Part shown: positions 1 through 9,303 of the stretch, in pieces
How the letters are laid out: each line of letters opens with the position of its first letter
Position numbering within the stretch: the stretch's first letter is position 1
Assembly: GCA_033763455.1 (NCBI GenBank)
Contig: JANRKO010000023.1
Coordinates: forward strand, 224,001 to 288,000
Source: Polyangiaceae bacterium
GTDB lineage: Bacteria; Myxococcota_A; Polyangia; Polyangiales; Polyangiaceae
Reading direction: 5' to 3'
Length of the DNA: 64,000 nt
Made by a program: the position numbers and the translations under genes
The notes under the pieces: model-generated
What the model saw: the letters and a program-made list of their open reading frames with translations, nothing else
What the model was told of the DNA's origin: nothing
The model's database searches: none

Positions 1-1
1 C

Positions 2-172
2 GCAGCCTTGCTGCTCCGCTACAGCCTGAGCCTAGAGGCTGAAGCCTTGGCGATTGAAAATGCCGTACAAGCAGCCTTAAAGAGTGGCATTCGCACTCCG
101 GATCTTGCTGGTAGCGGTGAACCTGTGTCCACCAGCGCCATGGGTCAAGCCGTTCTCTCACGTCTCGGCTAA
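2..172 (+). CDS. leuB: 3-isopropylmalate dehydrogenase, 3' end (partial)
   Basis: Frame 2 reads AALLLRYSL...AIENAV...GIRTPDL...VSTSAMG to TAA at 170-172, a typical LeuB C-terminus. Confidence 0.8.
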   Translation, partial: AALLLRYSLSLEAEALAIENAVQAALKSGIRTPDLAGSGEPVSTSAMGQAVLSRLG

Positions 173-175
173 CTC

Positions 176-1120
176 ATGCCTTCTCCCCGCCATCCTGTAG
201 TTTTTGAAATTGTTCCCACATCCACGGCGGATGGGCCGGGAAGGCTGCGCGAAGAAGCGGCCAAGGTTCGGAACCTCTTCGAAGAGGCGGGCCTGTGGGG
301 CCAGGTAAATACCATCCTCATTCCGCAGCTCATCGCTGAAGAGGGGGATAGGCCTATCGCGTTGGCCGACAAGATAGATTCGGTCGATGCGAAGCGTTAT
401 CTCTCGGAGGCCCTCCCACTTGAGTACATTCTCACGCAAGTGAGCGTCTTCACGCCCGAAGCCGAGCTCCGTGCGCGCATTGCCAAGCTACGCGCAGCTG
501 GTGTGAATCAGGTGGTATTTGTCGGGGTTCCGCGAGTTTTTGACCCCAAAGATGTCGTGGGGCCGTACCCGAGCCAGGCCGTGCAGCTCTTTGAAAAGGA
601 TGTGCCTGGCCGCGGCGTGATTCTCATTCCCACCCGCCCGGGAGAGGTCGCTCGCTTCTCCGAGAAGGCTCAAGCCGGCGCCACATTTGGCCTCACGCAG
701 CTCTTGTTCAGCGATCACATCGTAGGTTTTCTGAAGGAGCTCGCCACGCGCCCGGAGCGCCCACAGATCCTGCTGTCGTTCGGTTACGTGCCGCAGCTAG
801 AGACAACTCGCAACCTGATCCGCTGGCTCATCAAAGACACAACAGCACAAGCCCAAGCTGAGATGGCGGAGGTGTTTCGCATTGCGAGCCTCTCCTTCAA
901 GGAAAAGCAGGAGCATTTGGTGGGCCTCGTGAAGCAAGTCGCCGAACAAGCCGTCCCACTGGGCTTTCCGCTCGGTCTCCACTTTGAGTGCCCGTACGGC
1001 CCCTCCAAGCCCGCCATGGAAGTGTTCGCCCGAGTGCTCGAAGCCTGGAACAATGTTGTAGGAAGTGGTGCCAATAATGAAGTTGCGCCAGCGCTTGCCC
1101 CCAACGCAGGCGGCGCTTGA
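176..1120 (+). CDS. Mycobacterial-type (flavin-independent) methylenetetrahydrofolate reductase
   Basis: Motifs EIVP, IAEEGDRPI, TQVSVF, VFVGVPR, RGVILIPTR, TQLLFSD, LLSFGYVP, LIRWLI, LHFECPYG match my recollection of the Rv2172c/Mfr family. Confidence 0.8.
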   Translation: MPSPRHPVVFEIVPTSTADGPGRLREEAAKVRNLFEEAGLWGQVNTILIPQLIAEEGDRPIALADKIDSVDAKRYLSEALPLEYILTQVSVFTPEAELRARIAKLRAAGVNQVVFVGVPRVFDPKDVVGPYPSQAVQLFEKDVPGRGVILIPTRPGEVARFSEKAQAGATFGLTQLLFSDHIVGFLKELATRPERPQILLSFGYVPQLETTRNLIRWLIKDTTAQAQAEMAEVFRIASLSFKEKQEHLVGLVKQVAEQAVPLGFPLGLHFECPYGPSKPAMEVFARVLEAWNNVVGSGANNEVAPALAPNAGGA

Positions 1121-2280
1121 GCTTGCTCCCTTTTGTCCCACCCATCCAGACCGCCGATCTAGCGCCAACACTCGGCACTATCGGCACCCGCCCCGAAGAC
1201 TTCATTGTCGACGAAATCCCGCTTTATCCCGCCTCGGGCAGCGGAGAGCACCTCTACGTGAAGCTTCGCAAGCGTGAACTCGCGACGCCTGATCTCCTAC
1301 GGGTTGTCTCCCGTGCTACTCGCATCAAAGAGCGAGATATCGGCTTCGCTGGCATGAAGGATAAGCACGCCATCACCACGCAGTGGCTTTCTTTTCCCAA
1401 AGGCTGCAGTGACCCTTCCACTTGGGAGCTCCCGGAATCCGTGGAAGTGGTTGAGCACACGCGGCACGCCAACAAGCTCCGCACGGGGCATCTCTTCGGA
1501 AATCGCTTCCAGGTGCGCCTGGTAAACCTCGCTCCAGGCTTTGAAACTAGAGCGGCTGCCATCGCTCTGCGTTTGCGTGCCGAAGGCCTCATCAACTATT
1601 TTGGAAGCCAGCGCTTCGGAATCAACGGGCGCAACTTGGCGGCCGCTATGAACGTCCTTTTTCGTCAAGCCAGCACGGAAGAGCAAGATCGCGACGCCAG
1701 CGCTCGCGGTGGGTCGCGGCGCTTTTACGCCAAGTTTAACCCCAGCGTTGTGCAATCCGAGATCTTTAACCGCTACGCCGAGCAGCGCGTGCGCTTGGGC
1801 AAAGGTCAGATATTCGCGGGCGAAACGGTGCGGCTCGAAGGCTCTCCAAAAACGTTCATCGTTGAGGACGAAGCTCTGGAACGCGTACGGCTGCTGGCCG
1901 GGCAGCTTCATCTCACCGGGCCAATTTTTGGATCGGGCTCACGCCTTCCAAGCGGGCGCACGGGAGAGCTCGTAACCGAAACATTGACGGCGCTCGGGCT
2001 CACCCACGAACACATCAAAAGTTTCGGTCGCGATGCGCGCGGCTCCGTTCGCGATCTGTTCGTTCCTCTCACCGATCTAACGCTTTCCACCGATTCCGCT
2101 CCCCCCGTGGATGCAACAAGAACGCCGGCAATACACCAACCCACCCTACTGTTGGAATTCACGCTCCCTGCCGGTTCTTACGCCACGCAGTTAATCCGAG
2201 AATTTACCCACAGTGATTTCTTCACAGGCCAACGCCAAGTGCCGACAACACGGGAACCAAGCGAAAACGCCGAAGGTTGA
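1117..2280 (+). CDS. truD: tRNA pseudouridine(13) synthase TruD
   Basis: PEDFIVDE, FAGMKDKHAITTQ, KLRTGHLFGNRF, NYFGSQRFG, FTLPAGSYAT. Confidence 0.93.
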   Translation: MSLLPFVPPIQTADLAPTLGTIGTRPEDFIVDEIPLYPASGSGEHLYVKLRKRELATPDLLRVVSRATRIKERDIGFAGMKDKHAITTQWLSFPKGCSDPSTWELPESVEVVEHTRHANKLRTGHLFGNRFQVRLVNLAPGFETRAAAIALRLRAEGLINYFGSQRFGINGRNLAAAMNVLFRQASTEEQDRDASARGGSRRFYAKFNPSVVQSEIFNRYAEQRVRLGKGQIFAGETVRLEGSPKTFIVEDEALERVRLLAGQLHLTGPIFGSGSRLPSGRTGELVTETLTALGLTHEHIKSFGRDARGSVRDLFVPLTDLTLSTDSAPPVDATRTPAIHQPTLLLEFTLPAGSYATQLIREFTHSDFFTGQRQVPTTREPSENAEG

Positions 2281-2319
2281 CGCGGCGTCGTGCCCGTTTC
2301 GCTCCTATCAAACGGCGCT

Positions 2320-2364
2320 GCACTTCACTACCCACTGGGCCAGTGGCACTTTCACTACCCACTG
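2320..2364. repeat. Near-tandem direct repeat GCACTT(T)CACTACCCACTG x2 with embedded palindrome CCACTGG-G-CCAGTGG
   Basis: Copies at 2320-2337 and 2346-2364; palindrome at 2332-2346. Confidence 0.75.
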
Positions 2365-2838
2365 AGTGTAACTTGCTGACTAGCAAAAGCATGCTGTTGC
2401 CTTGAGTCAATGAACAAGGCGAGCGACAGGCTTTCAAAGCGGTAGCCGGTGAGTGTCACATGTGAGTGCGCAAGGGTCAATACCCCCGCCACCGACCCGA
2501 TATTGTGTGTGCAGGTGCTTATTGGTCCCCAATGTATGCCCCCAGCCGTGAGCACTCTCCTCACTTCGCTTTGGCTCCTTGCTTTGCGCCGGCCAATCAG
2601 GTGACGGCCACTGCCTAACTCGGACACCCTCGAGCACGAGGTACGCTCCGGGTGCATTGCAGGCTTTGCCTTGCTGAGGCGCTGGCTCATGCTAGCGGAC
2701 GTCGCGGCACGCGCAGGGCTTGAGGCGTTACGTCAGCGCAACGAGCAAAACCGCCGATGCCAAACGGCCGCCGTCACATGTTGCCGCTTGATGTACGATG
2801 CCTCCGGACCGATGCTTGGAGAACGGAGAGCTACCCCC

Positions 2839-4197
2839 ATGTGCACAATTCGATGGTCGCTGATACTCGCGCTTCTAGGTACGTTCGCGTGTGCCAAAGA
2901 GGATGATCCGCAGGGCAACGTCCCTGCGGACTCGATGGCAAACGTCGAGATGAACACCCCACCGCCGGACGATGGGGTTGGCACCGTCGGAAGCGCGGGC
3001 GGCACGGTCGTGAGCGCGGATGGGGTGTTAACGTTGAACGTGCCCGCAGGCGCGTTGTCCGCCGACGTTATGTTCACCATCCGGCCAGTTGCGATGGCGG
3101 ATTGGTCGACTACGATGGTAGGCCTCGCGCCGGTGGGCGGTGCGGTCTATGCGATCGAACCCGAAGGCACCTCCTTTGCGTCCCCCGCAACCTTAACGTG
3201 GCGATTCCCAACGATGCCCACAGAGGCCACTGTCTCGGGTCGGTTGGTGTTTCTGTTTGGTCTCGCGGAAAGTGCTAACGGCGCGTTAGGGACCCACATC
3301 GAGACCGACACCAAAACCATGGGGGCGAACGGATCCGGGCTGCTGGTGGAAAGTCGCATCGGACACTTGAGCCGACACATGCTCACCGGGCGGGGCATAT
3401 TATGGAGTGGCACCGACAGCGGAACCATGAAGTACGCGCACGAGGTGGGATCGATTGACATTGACCTGCACGGTGGCCGTCACGCCGTCGATTCACCGTG
3501 GCGGGCGCGTTCGATCACGGTAAATGAAAACGACGTGCTCGATAGCCCGACCCTAACCATCGCACAGGATCAAACTGGCCCCATCGTGGCCGAAGCGCAG
3601 CCCAATTGGCCCGCGTATACGGAGATCCAAGGATTTTCACTAGGCGGCGTTTGGCAGCCATCGTCGTTGCCGTCGTGGCGTTGCACAGCGGCGAGCGACC
3701 CCGGGGGCCAAGCAGGCACGAGCCCCGCTTCGATCTCAACACACGTCGAATTGGTATTCGAAGAGCGCATGCGAGGTGTCGACTTTCGTCGTATCGCTCG
3801 CCTGACCCACACCGAGCCGGTCGATTGTTTCGCGCGAGAACAAAAGGCCGAATACACCACAGAGCTTGCGCTCCTCGGTATGGCGCGCACCAAGGAATCA
3901 ACCATTGGCAATATGGACCAGTGGGACCTCTCGTTGTCGAGCGGCCTCCAAGGTCATCGTTGGTGCATTCCACCGGGGGGTACGATTGTGGTGTGTGTTG
4001 CGTCCAATCAACCGACCTCCGTGAACTACTTTCCGCAATACCCGCCGGGCTTCGAATGGTTGGACGTACAGCCGCCAGGATGTACGCAAATAAAGAACCT
4101 CGATCCAGACAACACCAACTGCGTGCTCCTCAAGCTTTCGACGCCGACGAACGGCACGCCAGCAACCATCGCTCAAGTTCAATCCAAGACGTTATGA
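2839..4197 (+). CDS. Putative lipoprotein with ZU5-like N-terminal domain and Cys-containing C-terminus
   Basis: GGAG upstream of ATG 2839; lipobox TFAC; VGSAGGTVVSADGVLTLNVPAGAL...YAIEPEGTSFASPATL...SRIGHLS. Confidence 0.65.
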   Translation: MCTIRWSLILALLGTFACAKEDDPQGNVPADSMANVEMNTPPPDDGVGTVGSAGGTVVSADGVLTLNVPAGALSADVMFTIRPVAMADWSTTMVGLAPVGGAVYAIEPEGTSFASPATLTWRFPTMPTEATVSGRLVFLFGLAESANGALGTHIETDTKTMGANGSGLLVESRIGHLSRHMLTGRGILWSGTDSGTMKYAHEVGSIDIDLHGGRHAVDSPWRARSITVNENDVLDSPTLTIAQDQTGPIVAEAQPNWPAYTEIQGFSLGGVWQPSSLPSWRCTAASDPGGQAGTSPASISTHVELVFEERMRGVDFRRIARLTHTEPVDCFAREQKAEYTTELALLGMARTKESTIGNMDQWDLSLSSGLQGHRWCIPPGGTIVVCVASNQPTSVNYFPQYPPGFEWLDVQPPGCTQIKNLDPDNTNCVLLKLSTPTNGTPATIAQVQSKTL

Positions 4198-4261
4198 ACT
4201 GGCAACCAACTCAGCCGCTAGACACGCGCATTGAGTCGCAAAATGATCGCGGATACCTGAA

Positions 4262-4954
4262 TCAGAGAAACCCAGCGAGGACCCTGAGCACGGGAGCGGC
4301 TACGTACCCAAAGAGGTGCCACGCCATATAAAGGCCAAGCATGCCGGCCATGGGCATTTCGTAAAACCAGTCGATCAGACGCCCTGCACTCTTTGGCCAG
4401 AAACCCTGCACTACCCCCGCCCCATCTAACGGAGGAACCGGCATCAGGTTAAACACGCCGAGCAGAGCGTTCAGATTCATCAAGATACTGAGGCCCATCA
4501 CCACCGCACCCAACGGTGAACTTTCTTCTGTTCCGGGCGGCAGGGCGACCATGTGAGTGAACTGAAGCTCAAACGCCGGAACCAAAACGCCAACGGCGAT
4601 AAGGACGCGCATCGCGACCAAGGCGAGCGCCGCCAAGAGCAAATTTGCCAACGGACCAGCCAGCGACATGACGCCTTGCTTCAACGGATTGCGGCGACCC
4701 CAAGTCGGATCAAAAGGAACCGAAGCCCACCCGATCATCCAGCCACCCAGGATGAACGATAGGATCGGCACAACGACCATTCCGAACGGTGAGCGACGAA
4801 TGTGCGGGACCGGATCGAGGCTCATTACGCCACCGGCGTAGGCGGTTGGATCGCCACCGCGATAGGCTGCATACGCGTGCGCAAACTCGTGGCAGGTGGT
4901 GCTGAACACGAACACCAGGTACCAGATCAATAAGTGGGCAAGGTTGAAGTCCAT
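4262..4954 (-). CDS. Site-2 protease family (peptidase M50) membrane metalloprotease
   Basis: HEFAH, AGPLAN and FNLMPVPPLDG motifs; hydrophobic; start refined to MDFNL. Confidence 0.9.
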   Translation of the reverse strand: MDFNLAHLLIWYLVFVFSTTCHEFAHAYAAYRGGDPTAYAGGVMSLDPVPHIRRSPFGMVVVPILSFILGGWMIGWASVPFDPTWGRRNPLKQGVMSLAGPLANLLLAALALVAMRVLIAVGVLVPAFELQFTHMVALPPGTEESSPLGAVVMGLSILMNLNALLGVFNLMPVPPLDGAGVVQGFWPKSAGRLIDWFYEMPMAGMLGLYMAWHLFGYVAAPVLRVLAGFL

Positions 4955-5175
4955 CGATCGAAGAGCAGGCACGTATCGTTGAGGCGTTGGAATGGCAAGG
5001 GCCCACGAGCGGGACGGCGCTCGCGGCCGTGAACGATAACGCATCCCAGGGTGCGCTCACGCAGGGGGACGGCCCCTGAAGCGTCCAAACAAGGCTCACA
5101 TCGGTGTTCCGCTACTTCACGGGAGACCGTGGTGGGAAGGATATTTTAAGACAATTCGTTCAGCATATTGCAGTT

Positions 5176-5203
5176 TGATGCATCATGCACGCATGATGCA
5201 TCA
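5176..5203. promoter_or_regulatory. Perfect inverted repeat TGATGCATCATGC-AC-GCATGATGCATCA (operator-like)
   Basis: 13-bp arms with a 2-nt spacer; each arm holds the 10-bp palindrome TGATGCATCA; ends 2 nt before ATG 5206. Confidence 0.75.
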
Positions 5204-5205
5204 TC

Positions 5206-7812
5206 ATGGGCTGGCTTCGAGAACTCCTAGAGCAGTCGCGTCTGAAGAGCTTCGACTCCCTGGCCAAAGCGTGCCTGACTCATCCGCACTGGCCGCAAGA
5301 CGTGGTCATTCAGAGCCGCTCGTTGGGTGCACTTCTGGGCAAACTGGATCGCAGAGAGGAGCTCGAGTGGCTGACTAGCCGACCGGAGGTGCAGGGGATC
5401 CTGGCGGAACTCTTGGGCTCGCGCTTCGTAGACCTTCAGCTCGCCATGCCCCAACCCAAGGGAGCGGCTGAACGGTGGCGATGGCGGGACGCCCCGAGAG
5501 CGGCTTCCCTTGAGCTCCTGCGGGAGGCGCTTCCCCCCGCCTTCCCCCACGAGCTTATAACCTTCGGACACGCCGCGTTCGGTGCTCGGGGCGAGCGTTT
5601 GCTGTGGGAGGCTCCTCGGGGTGCCGGCCAAGACTTGCTGGGCGCTTGGCTCGAAGCGAACCAGCGCGTGGAACGACTCTCGCCTCAAGAAGAATTGCAC
5701 ACGCGCACCTTCCAGCGGCCGCTCTTGGTTGAGATCGCACGTTTCGACTCCAGCCACGTTCAAGACATAGCACAACTTCTCGTTCGGATCCCGCGAACAC
5801 TTAACGTCTTGGTGACGTCGCCACCGAACCTACACCTTGCGCGATCGAGCAACTTACCCTGGTGCAGTTTCACCCAAGTTCATCACGAACCCAACCACGA
5901 TGACCTACACCGATTAGGTGCCTGGCTACTTCGACGCTTGCCTAAAGATTCTGCCCTATCAACGCCACGGGCATTCGACTTCGTCCAACAAACTCTGGTT
6001 GACCGACACTGGACAACTTTTGACGACATGCTCAGCCTGTGCGGAACGATTGATGAAGTGGGGTTCGATGCGAGGACCAATCTCCAACGCCTCTTCTCGG
6101 CGCTCGTGAGTGCACGCCTCAAACGGCTCACACAAGACCCGCTCGCTACCTGGTTGAAGAAACACGCCATTTCGGCCATTTCCGCCCTATTCGAAGAACT
6201 CATTCTTGAATACGGGACAGATTGGGAACAGGCGCGCTCTGTCGATGAATGGAGTGCGTTGGTGCCCCAAGAGTTTCAATCCGTGGTGGATGTGAATTGG
6301 CTCAAGCGCACACTACCGGAGGCCGACACTCATATCCGAGCGCGCGACATCGAGCGAGCTGCCAAACGCCTTTCACCCGGGGGCTTTCACATCGTCTTGG
6401 CACTCGAGCGGCTGGGATTCTTGTGCAACGACGACACAGGAGCTCTCAGGTTTGCACCGCATTGGCTCGGTCAGTACCTCTTAGACACGGTGCTCGCGCA
6501 CAGCGCTCGATTAGCTGCTCCGCAGCTGGGCGCCCTTATGCTGAGCGCACATGCCCCCGAAATCACTACTCGACTCGCGCAGAGTTTTGTTCAAGCTCGC
6601 GTTGAGCTCGATTCAGTGCTGGATCACACGGAGAGCCGCGAGCTTACCTCCGTTGTTACCGTTGAGCTTACTTTCCGCCTCACCGCCTTCGGCCTTTTCC
6701 GCGGCATAGATTGCGATAGCGAACATATCTCAGACCTCTGGGAGGCTCAGCTTAGCTCACTGGTAATCGACAGTGGGGGCTCTCCGGCACCACTGGTTAG
6801 CTTCCCGGAAGATCAGGCGACACAGCAACCGTTGCTCTCGGACGGATTCTTCTATGTAGCAGCACTAGCCCTGTCCGAACGCGTGCTTCCCTCTTGCCGC
6901 CCTCACTCATCTTTGGATCCCTTCCGGCACCAGGTGAGCGAAACACCGTTCCGCCGGGTCTTAGACAGGATCCGCGTGTTTCTTTCGTCTGCTGAGCCAA
7001 GTACCGATAGCGGGTGGTTGTCCGAAGTATATTTGCTTTTGCACCGCGTGCGCTCGCTCGTACCGCCAGCCCTCAAGAATCATCCCGCGTTTGCTATATC
7101 GCAGATTGCGGAAAGCTCTATCGATGGCACCTTAACCTGGAGCGCACTGAGCCGAATACCCAAGCAACCAGCCGCGATCGAAGCGTGGCGGCGCATTGCG
7201 GAACCGGAGCGAGCCTGGAGCCGCGTGTGTTCGAACTGTTTTGCGTCTTACCGAGAGGCTGGGTTCCCCGAACATATGGGGATCTTGGCGCCGGATGCCG
7301 CATTTTCAGCAACATTTTGGGCTGACATACCGGGAGCGCTCGTGGTGGAGCTCCTCAGTCATGGCCGCTCGGTACGGCTGGATCTGGCGGAGGCAGCTTG
7401 GGAAGACGTATTGAGGGGCTGGCAGGACACATTTTCTCCAGAGCTTCTTGCTCTGCTGCCCTCAAAGAAAACCCACTCTCTCCTGCAAAGCTTTGAGCAG
7501 CAGCCGGAATCTTTGATTTCCGCTATGTGGCACACGCACGCGACCTTTTGCGAAACTTTCTGCCAAGATCTCCTGCGCCTAGGTAAAGTTGAGCGCAGCG
7601 TTAACCTTCTACTGACAGCACCAAGCGCAAGCTTCACCTTGCTTGTACCAGCTCTCGGGCTTCTGCCGACACAGGTCGTAGCGATGCCGCCGAAGGTGCA
7701 GAGTGCACTCCGTGAACGCTTACACACGAGCGCGAAGGATAGAAATCCCGACTTTCAAGCCTGTCTCGAACTTCTACTGGAGCTGCAAGCAGCGCCGCCC
7801 ACGCGCAGTTAA
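5206..7812 (+). CDS. 868-aa hypothetical protein: XRE-like HTH N-terminus, degenerate P-loop region, helical C-terminus
   Basis: Long ORF; WLRELL...SFDSLAK...ILAELLG pattern; LLWEAPRGAGQD (Walker A-like) and RPLLVE (Walker B-like). Domain calls are tentative. Confidence 0.55.
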   Translation: MGWLRELLEQSRLKSFDSLAKACLTHPHWPQDVVIQSRSLGALLGKLDRREELEWLTSRPEVQGILAELLGSRFVDLQLAMPQPKGAAERWRWRDAPRAASLELLREALPPAFPHELITFGHAAFGARGERLLWEAPRGAGQDLLGAWLEANQRVERLSPQEELHTRTFQRPLLVEIARFDSSHVQDIAQLLVRIPRTLNVLVTSPPNLHLARSSNLPWCSFTQVHHEPNHDDLHRLGAWLLRRLPKDSALSTPRAFDFVQQTLVDRHWTTFDDMLSLCGTIDEVGFDARTNLQRLFSALVSARLKRLTQDPLATWLKKHAISAISALFEELILEYGTDWEQARSVDEWSALVPQEFQSVVDVNWLKRTLPEADTHIRARDIERAAKRLSPGGFHIVLALERLGFLCNDDTGALRFAPHWLGQYLLDTVLAHSARLAAPQLGALMLSAHAPEITTRLAQSFVQARVELDSVLDHTESRELTSVVTVELTFRLTAFGLFRGIDCDSEHISDLWEAQLSSLVIDSGGSPAPLVSFPEDQATQQPLLSDGFFYVAALALSERVLPSCRPHSSLDPFRHQVSETPFRRVLDRIRVFLSSAEPSTDSGWLSEVYLLLHRVRSLVPPALKNHPAFAISQIAESSIDGTLTWSALSRIPKQPAAIEAWRRIAEPERAWSRVCSNCFASYREAGFPEHMGILAPDAAFSATFWADIPGALVVELLSHGRSVRLDLAEAAWEDVLRGWQDTFSPELLALLPSKKTHSLLQSFEQQPESLISAMWHTHATFCETFCQDLLRLGKVERSVNLLLTAPSASFTLLVPALGLLPTQVVAMPPKVQSALRERLHTSAKDRNPDFQACLELLLELQAAPPTRS

Positions 7813-8513
7813 CCGTAACCTTGGCTATGAATATTGTCGACCGAAAGGCCTAGGCGCCGAAGTTCATCGCTCGTGCTCCGGGCCATTTCGGAGGTACCAC
7901 AGATAAATGCCTGCGGGGCCGATGTGCTGTGCAAAATCTTCGCGAGGTGAGTCTGTACGCGCCCACGTGCGCCCAGCCAATTCGGAGAGGCATCCGTGAG
8001 GCTTGGGATGAACTCAAACCGAGGGTGCTTTCGAGCTAACGCTTCGAACTCCTCCCTAAAGAGTATATCAGGCTCACTCCGGCAACCGAAGAGCAACACT
8101 AGTCGGTCGAGCATTGGGTGTCTGCCTTCGCTTTGAAACTCACTTTGGAGCATTGCCCTAAGGGGTGCCACGCCAGTGCCCACCGCGATGAAAAGCGCTG
8201 AGCCGGGCATTGGGGAGCGCACAAAATTCCCCCGTGGCTCACTGATCCAGAGCTGCTGCCCTGGCTCAACACTCCCAACAAACTGGTTGTTTCGATCGGA
8301 GGCCGCCATCTCGAATACGCCCGGAGAATCTGGATGTGGCGCGGAGGCGATAGAATACGCCGCCTTCTCGTCCGCCTCCGCGAGGCCAACCTCTAAGTGT
8401 TGACCCGGGATCCAAGTAAACGCGCTAGAAGCCCGGATCTTCAGGCCAACCACACCGGGAGCGAGCTTGCTTGTACTCAGTACCTCGGCCGGGCGGCGTT
8501 CGTGAGGGGGCAT
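7809..8513 (-). CDS. Ferredoxin-NADP reductase-like FAD/NAD(P)-binding oxidoreductase
   Basis: PGQH, YSIAS, PRGNF, AVGTGVAPL, LLFGCR, AFICG. Confidence 0.88.
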   Translation of the reverse strand: MPPHERRPAEVLSTSKLAPGVVGLKIRASSAFTWIPGQHLEVGLAEADEKAAYSIASAPHPDSPGVFEMAASDRNNQFVGSVEPGQQLWISEPRGNFVRSPMPGSALFIAVGTGVAPLRAMLQSEFQSEGRHPMLDRLVLLFGCRSEPDILFREEFEALARKHPRFEFIPSLTDASPNWLGARGRVQTHLAKILHSTSAPQAFICGTSEMARSTSDELRRLGLSVDNIHSQGYG

Positions 8514-8637
8514 GGCTGGCAGAAGAGAAAGCTAGCAGATAGTGCCCGCTACCCGCCAAAACAAGGGACCCTTCTGAGGACCCAACGCCATGGTTGTGGT
8601 AGGTACGCGGTTGGCCCACCATGACCCAGCCCTCGTC

Positions 8638-9303
8638 ATGAATTTCTTCGGCCACGCCTGTATCGCCGCACGCCGGGAGAGGAGTGCGGAATTCATCCTC
8701 GGCGCCATGTTGCCCGACTTCGCGTCCATGCTCGGGGCGCGCGGCACGCATTCGACCTGCGACGAGACTGCAGCTGGCATTCGATTTCACCACGCCACCG
8801 ATCGCGTCTTTCACGAGACGCGAAACTTCAAAGACCTATCGCTAGCAAGCTCCAATTGGCTTTCGGCAAGGGCTCTCGACCGCGGTCCGGCTCGCGCGGT
8901 TGCGCACATCGGAACCGAAATATTGCTGGATACCTTTCTCGCCCAAGAAGACGGTGCACTTTTAGCCTACACGGGCGCCCTCTGCGTAGGCACGAAGGCC
9001 GGCCAGCTCCCAAACGTTACCATCTCTCCCCCTCACCTCGAAACAGCCCTCCCCAAGTTGTGTGGAACCCTCCTCGAAGCAACACCCCGCCTAGCTGACC
9101 CAAGGCCCGAAGCTATCGCGCTACGAGTCTTTAGAACCCTTTCGCACCGCCCAAAGCTGGCACTTAAGGACACTGAGGTCTCACTCGTGACTGATTGGGC
9201 TCGTCACTTTGCACCCGAGGTTTGCAGTGTAGCGGCTTCATGGATGCAGGAGCTCGAGAACGAGCTAAAAGGAGCGCATAGCGATGCCCAGATCGAAAGT
9301 TAG
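8638..9303 (+). CDS. ACP phosphodiesterase (AcpH)-like protein
   Basis: MNFFGH...GAMLPDF...GIRFHHATDRVFH...HIGTEILLD. Confidence 0.7.
   Translation: MNFFGHACIAARRERSAEFILGAMLPDFASMLGARGTHSTCDETAAGIRFHHATDRVFHETRNFKDLSLASSNWLSARALDRGPARAVAHIGTEILLDTFLAQEDGALLAYTGALCVGTKAGQLPNVTISPPHLETALPKLCGTLLEATPRLADPRPEAIALRVFRTLSHRPKLALKDTEVSLVTDWARHFAPEVCSVAASWMQELENELKGAHSDAQIES

Noticed and set aside
5148..5164. Myxococcus-type LexA box (…GTTCAGC)
   Set aside because: Only the right half matches; the left CT is missing
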